Source: Anthoceros angustus
Taxonomy: Eukaryota; Plantae; Anthocerotophyta
Length of the DNA stretch: 64,000 bases
Assembly (NCBI GenBank): GCA_010909165.1
Contig: VJWM01000103.1
Coordinates: 1-64,000, forward strand
Direction of reading: 5' to 3'
Shown here: piece after piece, positions 46,627 through 59,290 of the stretch
Layout: each line of letters starts with the position of its first letter
How positions within the stretch are numbered: position 1 is the first letter of the stretch
Position numbers and translations under genes: made by a program
The notes under the pieces: generated by a model
The model's input: only the letters and a program-made list of their open reading frames with translations
Told to the model about the DNA's origin: nothing
Database searches by the model: none

Positions 46627-47409
46627 TTAATCTCCAACAGTAGATGAAGCATCAGATCCAGCACCTTCTGCGTGTCTTGCCCTAGAAGATTGTCTTGCAG
46701 AGATCGGAGATGGCAATAAAGGTAACATTTGCATTGCTTGAGCGGATGAAGGCACTTGGTTGCCTGGAAAGGGCGCTGGAGGTAGCTGTGGTCCTATGTG
46801 AGATTCATATGCAAGAGGAAGTTGTTCTAAAGGAGGAAGCCAAGCAGCAGGGACTGCATCCTTCAAAGAAAATGGTTGGCGACATGATGGGCACTCAGTG
46901 ACTTCATTTGGTAAGAAAGTTGAGCTCCATCTCTCAATGCATTCATAATGAAATTGATGACTACATCCAGGAATGCTCACTATTTTGGATAAATGATCAT
47001 AGTGCTCTATACATATTGAACACTCGTTTGGAACCTTTTCTTGCCTCCGCAACCATTCCAATGCTGCTTCCACGTAATTAATCCTATCGTTCAAATACCC
47101 TATATCTCCAACAAGAATTTGTCTCGGAAGGGGCAGTTGAGCTTGATGTAGTCTTTGCCTACTAGCATCAAGTTCTCTTAAAAGGATAGCCGATTGATTT
47201 CTCTCCCTCGAAACTTCGACTTCAAGGTGAGCAGATTTTTCTTTTTCGCGGGCAAGCTCACCAGCAAGATGAGACAAGCGACGACGAAAGTCCCTTGCCT
47301 TCTTGCGGGCTGCCCGCAAAGTAATTGACAGCTCAATGATAGGAACTAGGGGATCACTAGATGCCTCAATTGGAAGTTCAGAAGTTGATGAAGCAACACC
47401 TTCCATCAC
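46627..47409 (-). CDS. Coiled-coil plus RING-H2 protein (putative E3 ligase), single long ORF
   Basis: CSIC-x15-CSHQFHYEC-x15-CPSC gives the C3H2C3 pattern, preceded by a heptad-like L/E/R-rich segment. Confidence 0.72.
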   Translation of the reverse strand: MMEGVASSTSELPIEASSDPLVPIIELSITLRAARKKARDFRRRLSHLAGELAREKEKSAHLEVEVSRERNQSAILLRELDASRQRLHQAQLPLPRQILVGDIGYLNDRINYVEAALEWLRRQEKVPNECSICIEHYDHLSKIVSIPGCSHQFHYECIERWSSTFLPNEVTECPSCRQPFSLKDAVPAAWLPPLEQLPLAYESHIGPQLPPAPFPGNQVPSSAQAMQMLPLLPSPISARQSSRARHAEGAGSDASSTVGD

Positions 47410-50139
47410 ACACCTGTATATAGGTTGGAGAGGTGTCCATACATGTTCGGTTACTTTATGAGATTAACTTGCTAGGTATATATGTTCTTAGTTAATACAT
47501 CTGCCTAGTTAGGTTGTGTAAATAGGTTACCTCTTGGTTTCATGGATTGACACGCCTTGCATACAGGAGAATTGCCGTCTGGCAACCCATTTGCATCTTC
47601 GAGCTTGCTGGGGAAATGGCATCATGCAAAGGGGTCATGATTCTCCGAAACCCACGAGTCACGAGAAGCCGGATTCCCACATATGCCAGAAAACATGGGA
47701 ACATAAAGGGGAAGCCTCAGATGGTGATGGATGCTTGCAGCCCAGCTGCCAGACAACTCATCAAACATCCCAGCCCCAGTTCCTTTTCGGGCAAGTTAGG
47801 TTGAGGGTCCCTTGGCATTTAGTAGCCTTGTGGATTCTGGTGAATGCCTTGAGTGTGAGAGGCAAGGTGGACGGACTGCCAGCCGAAGGACGAAAGAGGG
47901 TCCACATGTACAGGTCCAGGGTGTGTTGCATGTACGTTCTTGGCAGGAATGATGAGGCCACTTCCCGCCCAGAGCCCACACTGCTGCTTACTCACCCGCA
48001 CTCACGGCTGGCAGGACTCGAGAGAGATGATGAGAGTTTCAACGAACATGAGGGCTATGCCGACGTCTGACTCGACCGTGAGAGAACGAGAAGTGAGCAT
48101 TGAAACCACGGAATCTGCAACGAATGGAAGAACCAATCTGCCAGCGCACCACAGCATCCGATCGTGGTCATTAGGTGTCAGAGCACACGGGGCGGGCTGG
48201 CTTATTACTTCCCATGTCACAGCTGTGCTGTGCGGCCTGGCCAGGCCCGGCGCTGACGGGGTTGGTACGATGCTGGCTTGGGCGGAGTGGGAATATTGAG
48301 GATAGCCTGGGCTTGCCCATGCCAGCTCTTATCATCAGTCTTCAGTGAGGAGGATCGAATCAAGTCCCAAAAGTGTTTGGTATGCCCTGCCCATGGCCTG
48401 CCTGTAGCCCACCATGTGATGCTGTCTTCATGGTGGAAACAAAGTTGCCAACTGGGTTCTCCTGGCTCTCATGTTCCGCCTGTCCAAGGCAGACAGCAGT
48501 AAAATCCGCTCACGGACCATGGGCAGACAGATAAGTGTCCGGATTGGTTACGTAGGTAAACAAACCGTGGTAGCTTTACCTTCATCCATGTACATATGTA
48601 CGTAGCATAAGGCCTGTAAGAGCTTTCAATACAAGCAAGAAGAGGATCAGGTAGATAGTACCGTCATACAGCCTCCGAGGAGACGCGACTGGGCCGCCTC
48701 TCCTGAGAGATTGTGCTGTCCTGGGAGGGCGTGCTCAGTACCACAATCCAAGCAACAGGCCGGAAAATTGCGGGAACGCCTCGTGCCCAGTCAGGTAAGC
48801 GTGCCCGGCGGGGCACGCTTCCTACCTTTCGATGTTGCAAGGACAGGATTCGGACTTTAGGCTTCTTCACTCTGCAACTAAGAGCCTCAAGTATTGGTCG
48901 TCCTTTGCTCGTCTGTAAGTATCGAAGGACCCGTCTTCCCCCGTCTGAGATATACAAAAGAAACTGCCCGGTCCAGGCTTGAAGAGGTTGCCCAGAATCT
49001 CTGTGAAAATTCAGGTTCCAACTTCCAAGATAATGCGCCTGCCTGTTGTGTATGTTAGATGGGCGGCCTATCCAAGAAAAACTATCTGTACTGCTACTGG
49101 TGCTGAACTCGGAAGATACTCCTGACATGCAGTATGGGCATCTCCGCTCGTTCTCTGGCATGACATACCGATGATGGCGTCACATATGTGAGAAGGGCTT
49201 CAAAGATCCGTATTTCATCTGCATGCAACAAACAAAGTGCTGATATCAACGCACAAAACTGGACCAAACCTGCAGAAACCTGCACAGAACCTGTTACCTG
49301 CACACGTCCTGCACGAACCCTGAATGACTTAAAAATAATCTCTGCTCCTGCAAGCCCCATCGCCAGTTATGTAGAAAGAACGGTGTGCTATATCCACGCC
49401 TACACTCACGGCCATGACAGACAATATCAGTGAACAGTTTGTGCAGATTCTAAAAGCTGCAACCTCAAAGTTCCGGACTGCGGGCATTTGACACTGATGC
49501 AACCATCAAATACACTTGGAAGATTGCACAAAGGCTACTTCAACGCTGCTTCAATTTACACCATAATTAGCCAGACGGATACAAAGTCTCAGACGGTGCA
49601 TCCTGCCCTACTACTTAAAAACAGGAACGCTTGATCTGAACCTAAATGTGTGCTTGTGCCTGTTTCGTGTTGGATTTTACAAGACAACAACATAACATGA
49701 AAGACCGACGTTGCAACCGAATTCCCCAAGTCATGAATAAGGCTTTTGCCTAAGGAACACCAAGAACCAAAACTAAGCCTGTTGAGTTGCTGACCACCGT
49801 GCTGTACATCCCAGATCCTGAAAAGAAGAAAGTGCTCAAGACAGCACACAGGATGGAAACAACCGGCACTGCTGCAAAGATGGTTTTGGCAGCATAGCCC
49901 ATGGACGAATGACATATAGGCAGATGCTAGTACCATTTCTAGCCTGTCAGCAAGTTATTGAGAATCCATATGCTTTCCCGCTAGAATAACAGAGTAGTAC
50001 AGACGGGTTGAACTTCATCCATGAGTACAGGATTTTTGGGAACCGCTACGTCCTCGTTCCGGAAGGACAGTCCAAGACCACTACCTAATAGCAACAGCTT
50101 CGATGACCCTGCCTGGATTTATGAGCCTTGGCCCTCCAT

Positions 50140-50530
50140 ATGCAGGCTAAGTGCTTAGAGCTGGCACCAGAAAATGACATGGAGGTAAGGGAAGCCTGGT
50201 GACTACAGCAGTGCCAATCGGACTAAAGCTTGGACACACATCCTCCCCAGGAATCCACGATTTCAACTTGCCACGTTCACAATCTAGGCAGCAGGAGGGC
50301 AATTAATGCCACCTAGAGGAAACCAGCACAGCCTGCATGCACCGGTCTGGAAATTTGGGCTCTTGCCTTGCACATGCGGCCAAAGTGTTCAGAGCCGGCA
50401 CCAGAGAATAGCAAGCTGGTAGGGGACGCCAGGGTGATTGCAGCAGTGCCAATGGCACTAAAGTTTGGACACACATCCTCCCCAGGAGTTCACGATGTCA
50501 ACTTTCCACATCGACGGTCTACGTAGCAGG
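50140..50530. repeat. Diverged direct repeat of about 150 bp at about 240-bp spacing (about 50140-50290 and 50380-50530)
   Basis: Shared GGCACCAGA, CAGCAGTGCCAAT and TTGGACACACATCCTCCC blocks. Confidence 0.75.
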
Positions 50531-52489
50531 GGATGATGTTTCAAGATACGGCTAGAGGGTCAGAATAAAAGCTGTTGGGAATCGACGATGTCAAAGACCC
50601 TACTTGGCAAGACTCAGCAAACTCTTCTCTAGCAGGATCTGAGTTCCACAAACTTCCACATAATCCAACAAACCCATCCAGAAGAAGAAAGAGCAGGGAT
50701 CAGCCTAAGAGGCTGCTCCCTGCAAAGTGGAGATCGAGCTGCTCAAACCAGTGCAGCAGCAATATCAGTGCGATCCAAGAAAAATGAAGCAGCTAAGGCA
50801 AGCCACTATGTCCAGCACCCCATGCAGCTTGTTGACAAGATGTAAAACCAGCAAAGGACAAGCATACCGAGACCCGGCAAAACAAAAGATGACTTCCTCG
50901 ATCGAGTACCGATGCAGCAGCTCAAAACCTGCATCCTCACACTCGTATGCCCGCCTCGAATCAAGCTGCAGGCACACTGACGCAAGCATGTCCCGAAGAC
51001 TTGCACATTAGACAACAGTTCCCCCTGAGAGACCAGCCAACATGCCCCAACAAAACATCAGGTCTCACCATCCCTCAGCCACGAAAATGATCTAGGCAGA
51101 CCCAGCCAAAGGAAATCCATCAGGATTCCAAACCACAACATTCCCTCCAGCCGTCATGGAAACACGAGGCTGAAGTATAAAATAACCTCAGCCAGTCTCA
51201 CCAAACCCTCGGATTACCAGGATTAAGCCAGCTGCGATTTCTTCCTTACATCTGCTCGATAATAAAATGCAGACGAATCTCAGTCCGCCACAAGAATAGG
51301 CTCGGCTGTTGGACACAAGCCAGAGCTGTCAGAGTCCATGGACAAGGGCAGCTTCGCCGATGCCCCCAAAAGGAACTTGGCAGGTGAGCGCCGACCAGCT
51401 CTCCCAGAGTGTGATCGAAGGATCCTTCCGCTTGAAAAAATATCTTTGAAGCACGTTCAGCCACGCCAGCCATTGCTCGTATGCATGTGTTTTCCAAAAA
51501 TTGCAAGAATGGTGAGTCGGTGGGGCCGTGAATGCCTTTGCATACTGGCGGCCGCAGATGGCTGCAATGATGGTAGGAAATGGAATTAAATGCGAGCTAA
51601 TTTATAGGTCAAACGCAAACGCTGTTGCCATTCGCGCGCAGGTCTGACGAGCAATCAGATTCCACGGTGCCCGCGCCAAGTATTTATAGAAGTAGGCATA
51701 AAGTGTGGTTTCACATTCGCGCATTCGCGGGCAATACCAACTCTTGTGACGCATGGCGCGTGGCACGTGACCATGTCCAGCTCCCATGACCATCACCCCT
51801 CATGCCCATTCACCGAATCTGGGCTCTACAAACACTTTGGGACAAAATGCATGTACATATGTATGGGACCACTTTACTTCATTATGAAGAAGAGAGAAAT
51901 TTATTTTAATAAGAAATGGTATCTATAAATTATTGAGATTACTTTGAAATGGCTAATACGTTTTTATGAAGGAAAGAGGAGATGGGTGAAACCCATCTAC
52001 AAAAGGATATCAAAGACCTCAAAGGGTCACACTAAAGAAGGAGCAATTGAGCTCCATGTCTTAAGTAACTTAAAGGGTCTACAATGTCATAACTAGGGGG
52101 ATTGAATACCTTACATATTACTGAACTAGTCGATAATGCATCTTCAACCGTCGCTCTTGTCCGTAAGATAGCTCCTGCAAGTGCCCTTTCGAGGGCAATG
52201 GACACTGACTACTAAAAGAACCCTGGGAAATAAGAGAGAGGTAGCCCAACTCTAGATCTCCTTGCATGGTATGGTTTGGCACAAAACATAATAAATTTAT
52301 CAAACTCTTTAGCTAAAGCCCCATAAGTTTCCAAGGCAAGGGGACGACGAGGTGCCCTGCTTGCATTCCCCCATACTTAGCAACCTTGGAAGTCGAGGTG
52401 GCCTGCTTGCATTCCCCCGTACTTAGCAACCTTGGAAGCAGCCGCTTAAGCTGACGCCCAACCTGGCCGGTTTAAAATAACTTGTTCAA

Positions 52490-52660
52490 AAGTGATTCCC
52501 GTGATGAGGTCAAGTTGCCCCCGACCCACGGACCTGTGCGTAAAGCATACCAATGCTCCCTCCAAGCCATATAACCACTTTCACGAGCCATTGTAAACAT
52601 AACGTTATGAATGGCATCACAGGTGGCAATACCTTGAGCTCCATTTGGTCTGGTGGACAG
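52490..52660 (-). mobile_element. Fragment of a non-LTR retroelement C-terminal (zinc-knuckle/RLE) region
   Basis: The minus frame reads TCDAIHNVMFTMARESGYMAWREHWYALRTG, paralleling THDAIRDVMFSVAKKGG at 58.78 kb. Confidence 0.5.
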
Positions 52661-52979
52661 TTCAAAAGCTCCTTCAGCATTTGAAGTGCGTTGTTATGGT
52701 CTAAACCTTTGGCTGAAAACCGCCCATCAATTCTATAACATAGAATAGCAAGCAGAGATTTGGATCACTTCTAGTCCTAAAACCCACATTTATAATATTA
52801 TTTAGCATATTAATCGAAATGATCAAAATATAATTTGTTCATAAGTTATTTTTTCTTAGTTTATTTAATATTATAATACTATTAAAATTATTTGCAATAA
52901 ATATAAGACAATTTTCTCTAAGATTTAGAACTCTCCATTGTTGTGCATGCCCTAGTTGTTAGCAAACAACATGCCCTAG

Positions 52980-53480
52980 TTATTTGCTAACCGGGGAACG
53001 CTTTGTCCAATACGCCAAAATGGGATAAAACCATTTGCGTAAAGGAGACTACAAAGGTATCTTTGAGGGAGAATTTGGATACGCTACAAAGGGTGGGCGA
53101 GAGTGATAGGCTCTCACCCAAGTCCACTGCCCTTATCGGGGATGCAAGGTTCAAGCTTAAGTGTTTTAAAGAGGCTCACGCTCATGGACAGTACAAACGT
53201 GCGGAGATCAAATGGCCTTTAAAAGTGATCACCCTCGACAATTTTTCTTCAACTCTATCCAGCAAGGCTGGAAGCGCAACATACCGCCATTGCCAAACAA
53301 TAACAGTATTAGGCTCAAGCATTCTCAAGCTCTCAAATGTTTCATTACTAAGCACTCCGAACGTTTCTCCGACATTGGCAAGCCTTGTGAGTGACAAGGG
53401 ATGTGAGTTGATTCTTACGAGAATTTCCTTGCCAAAGTCTGGGTTCTCCGCGAAGTTACTGGATTAGAAGTTGTCTTCAA
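52980..53480 (-). pseudogene. Possible LINE ORF1-like remnant
   Basis: ILVRINSHPLSLTRLANVGETFGVL...LPALL loosely resembles the plant LINE ORF1 RI..LP....IG..FG pattern. Weak match. Confidence 0.25.
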
Positions 53481-53859
53481 CGGAAATCTACGGGGCCCTT
53501 TTGCACATGCCTTTCATGCAAGTATCCTGGATTGGACGGAATGCTCAGGGAATAATAGAGTTTCATCGAAACAAGGTTAGTCTCCAATCCCCTTTTCGAC
53601 TGAATGCCATATAAAAACACATTTCTGATTCGCAAGACAACTTGTAATTCTCGGGACCAAACCCTTGCTTCCGGGAACATTTCGAAAAACCCAAGAGAAA
53701 TTAGAGCCTCTCATTCATTCCGAAACAAGGTTGTCTTTATAATCCATGCGACTACACAACTTTGCAAAGAACAAAGGAAGATACCGAAGACAAAAGCCTT
53801 CAGAAGTGCAGAAAGGCCGATGCATCCGAATAAAGGATTCACAATACACGCACCAAAAT

Positions 53860-56450
53860 CATACGCGGTTGGTGTGCGCTTGTGGGCATGGTTTGTTGTG
53901 CACCGGTGGGCAAGCGCGCACGGTTTGGTGTGCGCTGGTAGGCCGCCGCACTCCGTAAGATGTGCACCGGCAGGCCTGAGCACTCCTTCTAGACTACTCC
54001 GGCCTTTTGTCCCTTTTTCTTCTTATTGTGGGTTGAAAAGGCATATGACTGTGAGTTAACGGTAGCCTACCAGCCTTGAACATTTCATTTTTTCTTTGTT
54101 TTTGGCGTGGCTTGTCGAATATGTTCAGAGGCATTCGTTTGTTTGTTATTGAGTACTCTCGCACCTATGAACTCAAACAAGAGAGTCCAGAGTTTAGAGA
54201 AAACTAGGCGAGATAGGCATTGTTAGGAACATATTATGCCTCCTGCTTCTCATGGCAAGCACCTCGCTTTGGGAGACGAAGTCGGGAAAGTCTTTGGGGT
54301 TATTCGGGGCTCCTATTAGGTAGATGTGTATTGTTACAGCATTAGAATGTGGTTGATTCAGAGTTTCCCAAGTTCATCATCCGCAGAAAAATGGACCAAA
54401 ACTTACGCTTGCCCACTGGCGCACTGCAGACCCTACCCACATGCGCACACCACACCGTGTGCAGACCCTGCCCACCGGCGCATAATACATTGTGCCCACA
54501 GGCGGACACTATACCGTGTGCACCGGTGCACAGCACACCGTGCCCACAGGGGCATAGCACACTATGTACGCCGGCCCAACGGCGCACTCCACAACGAGTA
54601 TACCATTATACCAGCGCACACCGCACCGCATGGAAGAGATCTATGTAGGAATTCATGGTAGCCGTTCTTTGCAAAACTGACATCCAGAATCGCCCATTCT
54701 GGATTGCTCAAGTGGACGATGTGGATTTCAAGTGTGAGAAGCTGCATTCAAGGCATGAATGCTTTCAAGGCAAGTGCTTGCAAGTCAAGGTTAATGGCTC
54801 TTAGAATTACAGGAATGAAATGAGATCGGGAAGACATGCAACTCCGCCAACGGATCTTCAACAATCAATTGTTAATGAAGCTATCATACTTCTTTATAAT
54901 GGTTTCACTTTAATCCGTCGGAAGCATTTGAGGGAGGAGTCGCAAGAGCGAATTCGCGCAAATCTTTTCAAGTACACTGGTGGTTGAATGAACGACGAAG
55001 ACAAGTAGGGTCGGGTAGATAACGAAAGGGTTATGCCTTACATCTACTTATCTAACTCAGATGCACCAGATGTCCCTGTGGATGATGAACAGGGGGCAAG
55101 GACTCCAACAACGAGCTTCCGGGGCCAAACATGATATTACAATTCCTCTCACTCCTCCAAGAAGGAAGCGTCGTAGATCATCCTCACAGAAGTCTTGTTG
55201 TTCTTTTATATGGAAGTTCGAATGTGGAGCATTTGTAAAAGGTCGCTTTGGGAGACAAGTCGGGAAAGTCTTTTTATTCGGCTCCTATTAGGTAGATGTG
55301 TATTGTTCTGACATTAGAATGTGGTTGATTCGAGTTTCCCAAGTTCATCATCCGCAAAAATGGACCAAAACTTACGCTTGGCGCCGCAGACCCTACCACA
55401 TGCGCACCACACCGTGTCAGACCACCACCGCGCATAATACATTGTGCCCAGTGGACACTATGCACGGCATGCCGCGTTACCACTGCGTGCCACAGGGCAT
55501 AGCACACTATGTACGCCGCCAACGCGCACTCCACAACGAGTATACCATTATACCAGCGCACACCGCACCGCATGGAAGAGATCTATGTAGGAATTCATGG
55601 TAGCCGTTCTTTGCAAAACTGACATCCAGAATCGCCCATTCTGGATTGCTCAAGTGGACGATGTGGATTTCAAGTGTGAGAAGCTGCATTCAAGGCATGA
55701 ATGCTTTCGAAGGCAAGTGCTTGCACGAAGTCAAGGTTAATGGCTCTTAGAATTCGCAAGGAATGAAATGAGATCGGGGAAGACATGCAACTCCGCCAAC
55801 GGATCTTCAACAATCAATTGTTAATGAAGCTATCATACTTCTTTATAATGGTTTCACTTTAATCCGTCGGAAGCATTTGAGGGAGGAGTCGCAAGAGCGA
55901 ATTCGCGCAAATCTTTTCAAGTACACTGGTGGTTGAATGAACGACGAAGACAAGTAGGGTCGGGTAGATAACGAAAGGGTTATGCCTTACATCTACTTAT
56001 CTAACTCGGATGCACGATGTCCATGGATGATGAACAGGGGGCAAGGACTCCAACAACGAGCTTCCGGGGCCAAACATGATATTACAATTCCTCTCACTCC
56101 TCCAAGAAGGAAGCGTCGTAGATCATCCTCACAGTAAGTCTTGTTGTTCTTTTATATGGAAGTAAAGCCTGAATGTGGAGCATTTGTAAAAGGCTGTTTT
56201 GGATCACTGTACTTCTCTTTGCATGTTGTTGATGAGAACAGTGTACCCTACCGGCGCAGATGAGAACACAGCGCTAGTAGGCTGGTGCAAACGAGGACAC
56301 TGTGCCGGTAGGTCGGCGCAAATGAGGACACTACGCGCGGTAGGCCGGCGCAAATGAGGACATTACACGTGGTAGGCCGGCGTAGTGTCAACCTGCACTG
56401 GTAGGCCGGTGCAGTGAGGGCCTCTAGCGCCGTCAGGCCAGCATAGACAA
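53860..56450. mobile_element. Putative non-autonomous DNA-transposon-like element with arrays of short GC-rich repeats
   Basis: Degenerate GCCCAC(A/C)GG/CACACCG arrays at 53.86-54.0, 54.4-54.64 and 55.38-55.57 kb, and GGTAGGCCGGCGCAAATGAGGACA repeats at 56.25-56.42 kb. Termini and TSD were not identified. Confidence 0.4.
54264..56193. repeat. Direct tandem duplication of about 0.97 kb (54264-55243 and 55244-56193)
   Basis: Both begin TCGCTTTGGGAGAC and end GAATGTGGAGCATTTGTAAAAGG. Long stretches are identical and the differences are small indels. Confidence 0.93.
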
Positions 56451-58699
56451 CGGATTTGGTTCCGATGTCACCTTGTTTTTGTGCCATTATTGTCTAAAAA
56501 AAGTCTATTTGGAATCCGTCACATGCCCGGAAATGGGAAAATCCAAGTCCAAAGCGCGAATATTTGGCGTTTTCCAGAAATCTATCACCTTATTTCTGGT
56601 CACGGTGGTTAAATGCTAGGTGGTTTTGTCATGCGAAAACATGGCCAAGTGACTAGTTTTCCATTAAGTGTGGTTTTTTTGCATTTTGGGGGGTCTTTTT
56701 TAGGAAAATTCAGCCGGATTCCTACAGTTTTCAGAGACTTGTCTTGTATCGATAGGACACTGTTGAATTCTTTTTGTAAGGTTAAGATTTTGTTCGTGCC
56801 TTATTTATGAAAGCACTAATGAACATTTGAGAGGAGAATTCTATGGGGCTTATCGTGAACCAGAGTGTAATTACACTATACCTCAAACTTTAACGTGGTG
56901 GAGTCCATGCTCAACTGACGCCCTAAAAGTTTTTTGAACACGCTTTACAGGCTTAGTGCGAAGATTCTAGCAATTGCAATGCTCCTTTCATGCACAATTG
57001 GGTTTCGCCAGAGCAAAAAGGATTCATGAAAAAAAAAAAGGCGCATTGCGTTCGCCCAAGTGTCAATTTGGGTCATGACACCAGAAAGAATCTAGGCCCC
57101 CTGCTTGCTACTCTACGTCAGAAAATTCATCTTAAATCCTAGAAGAACAACCAAATTGCTCATATAATACAATGGCAACTTCGCTCACATGTCTTGTCAA
57201 GAAGATCTGAGGGCTTCGCGAGTCCAGAGGCTACCACATTATTAAAACAAATCACTCGGCGATCATTAAGCTCTTATAGAAAGAAATTCAAGTTGAAACA
57301 CATCTATTGGCTGCATTCCATTAGGACAAAAAGATACTAAGCACTCCACATCTGGAAGGTAATCCTCATTTGGTTGCAATTATCTCTCTGTGTTGGCACC
57401 TGTTGGACAAATTACGGTGTAGGCTCATATCCCAAGCTGCCCTTGATCTATCCCGGTTTTTGCACTTGCTAACTCAGTGTGATCTTGAAGTTTTTCAGCT
57501 TACCTCACTTTGCCCAAGGCTAATGTTAGGCTTTATGAGTTCCTGGTGACCTCTAGCAAGCTGTCATGCCTGGCCTGTTCCCTCATCCGCCCTCTACCAC
57601 TCTGAACGCCTTCCTTACACACCTGACCACCACCATGCTTTTCCACCTCATGCATGGGCCCGCTCTTATCTCATTTTCTTGTTGATCCATGAATTGTTTA
57701 AGTTGGAATCAGTATTCCAGATTGCTCGCAACCCCTTTTCCGCTCGCCACACGGTTAAAGCAGAACCTGAAGCCACCCATAAGCCCAAGTTTGAACTCTC
57801 CCCCTCTAGCTAGCTGCCCAAGTATCTTCCCCTCGCCCTCACCCTCACTCCTGTGATTCCCTCCCTTCCTCATCCCCCTTTGATTTTTTTTTTTTCGCTT
57901 CACTGGGAATGACTTATAGGTGATCTTTCCGATTGGCACCTTCGGCAACTGCTAGGGCTGCGCATCCGTGACCATGATCCTCTGCAACTTATTCATGATT
58001 CCTTGGCTCCACTCTCGGTCTTGATCTGTTGCCGTATTTAGTCTTAGAACGACAAGTGATTTTGGCATCATGAGACGAAGCCCTGGATACGTGCTACATA
58101 GAACTATAGACACTTTAGTCAGTCTTTAGAACTTGCGTTTGCGTAGTAGTAATCGAAGCTTGCAATTCCATTAGCTCATTGCAATTTGTCACAAATCCAT
58201 TTTTAGCCTTCATAACAGCCAGAACAAAACGCTTCCCTCATGTCTTGGCAATTAGGAATTCAAGTAGCAACGTGAGCATTCACCTCAATATCGTGAAGGA
58301 TATTTTGGGAATAGGCTAATCGATCTGGGTTCCTAACGCAGACTGACTTAGCCTGTGGCTGCTAGGCCTTAACTAGGAGATCGCGGCCCATGACAAAGGC
58401 ACACCACGACGATGTGGGGAGGATGAGGTCAAGCATAACATCATACAAACCATGGGGTTCCTTAGTATCTCAGAGCATTTTTGAAGTCTCCGAGACAAAT
58501 GAAATAGTTATAGAAGGTCATTTTTCTTTTTGCAAATTAGATAGGCGGATGCAAGTTGAGAGTGCTATAATTTTCTCAAAGGCGCCATGGGTAAAAAAGT
58601 ATAGATTAAAAGAAAAAGGTAAACCACTCAATTTGAGTGGATTTGTGGTTTTAGGGTTCATGTGTTGTAGATTCTTCGAGGTACTCTCCTCTTAGGTCA

Positions 58700-59290
58700 C
58701 CTGATGGTCTCCTTCCCTCGATGACCCTAGGGCTCATCTGGCCCGTAGCCCTGCTGGCGGGCAGCACACTGTTACGCATGATGCCATCCGAGACGTCATG
58801 TTCTCGGTGGCAAAGAAGGGCGGCTTTTTTCCCTATAGGAAGCGTCCCTACACCTTGCTCAATGGTGTGTCTCTCAGGGCTGACCTTTTCTAGACCCGGG
58901 GGAACCAAGTTTCTGTCGCTGATGTGGTTGTAACGGACCCCACCCGGGACAGTGTCTGTGAGCACATTATCCTCAACCCCCGGGTTGGGCGGTGGAAGGC
59001 TGCGCGACGGCCAAGGTCCACAAGTACTCTCCTATGTAGAACGGCCACACTTTTATCCCCCTCGCCATCGAAACTCACGGAGCCATGGGCTAGGACTTCT
59101 CGAAGTTTCTCAAGGCCTGTGCTAAGGCTTACTACGATCGGAGGAATGGAGTTGGTCTCCCCATTTCTTATATTGTATCTTTCTTTAGGCCATGGGTGTT
59201 TATCGTCCTGCGGAGGGCATTGGCGAACATAGTCTACAGGACGGCAACTAGCGCAGAAGAGGCGGCTTCTTCGGTGGCGGTGGTAGGTAA
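58700..59290 (+). mobile_element. C-terminal zinc-knuckle plus restriction-like endonuclease region of a CRE/R2-type non-LTR retrotransposon, degenerate
   Basis: DDPRAHLARSPAGGQHTVTHDAIRD; LRADLF; VADVVVTDPT; AKVHKY; HTFIPLAIETHGAMG. This is the RHD...R.D...D...K..KY...P...E..G layout of RLE elements. Stops and frameshifts are present. Confidence 0.7.
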
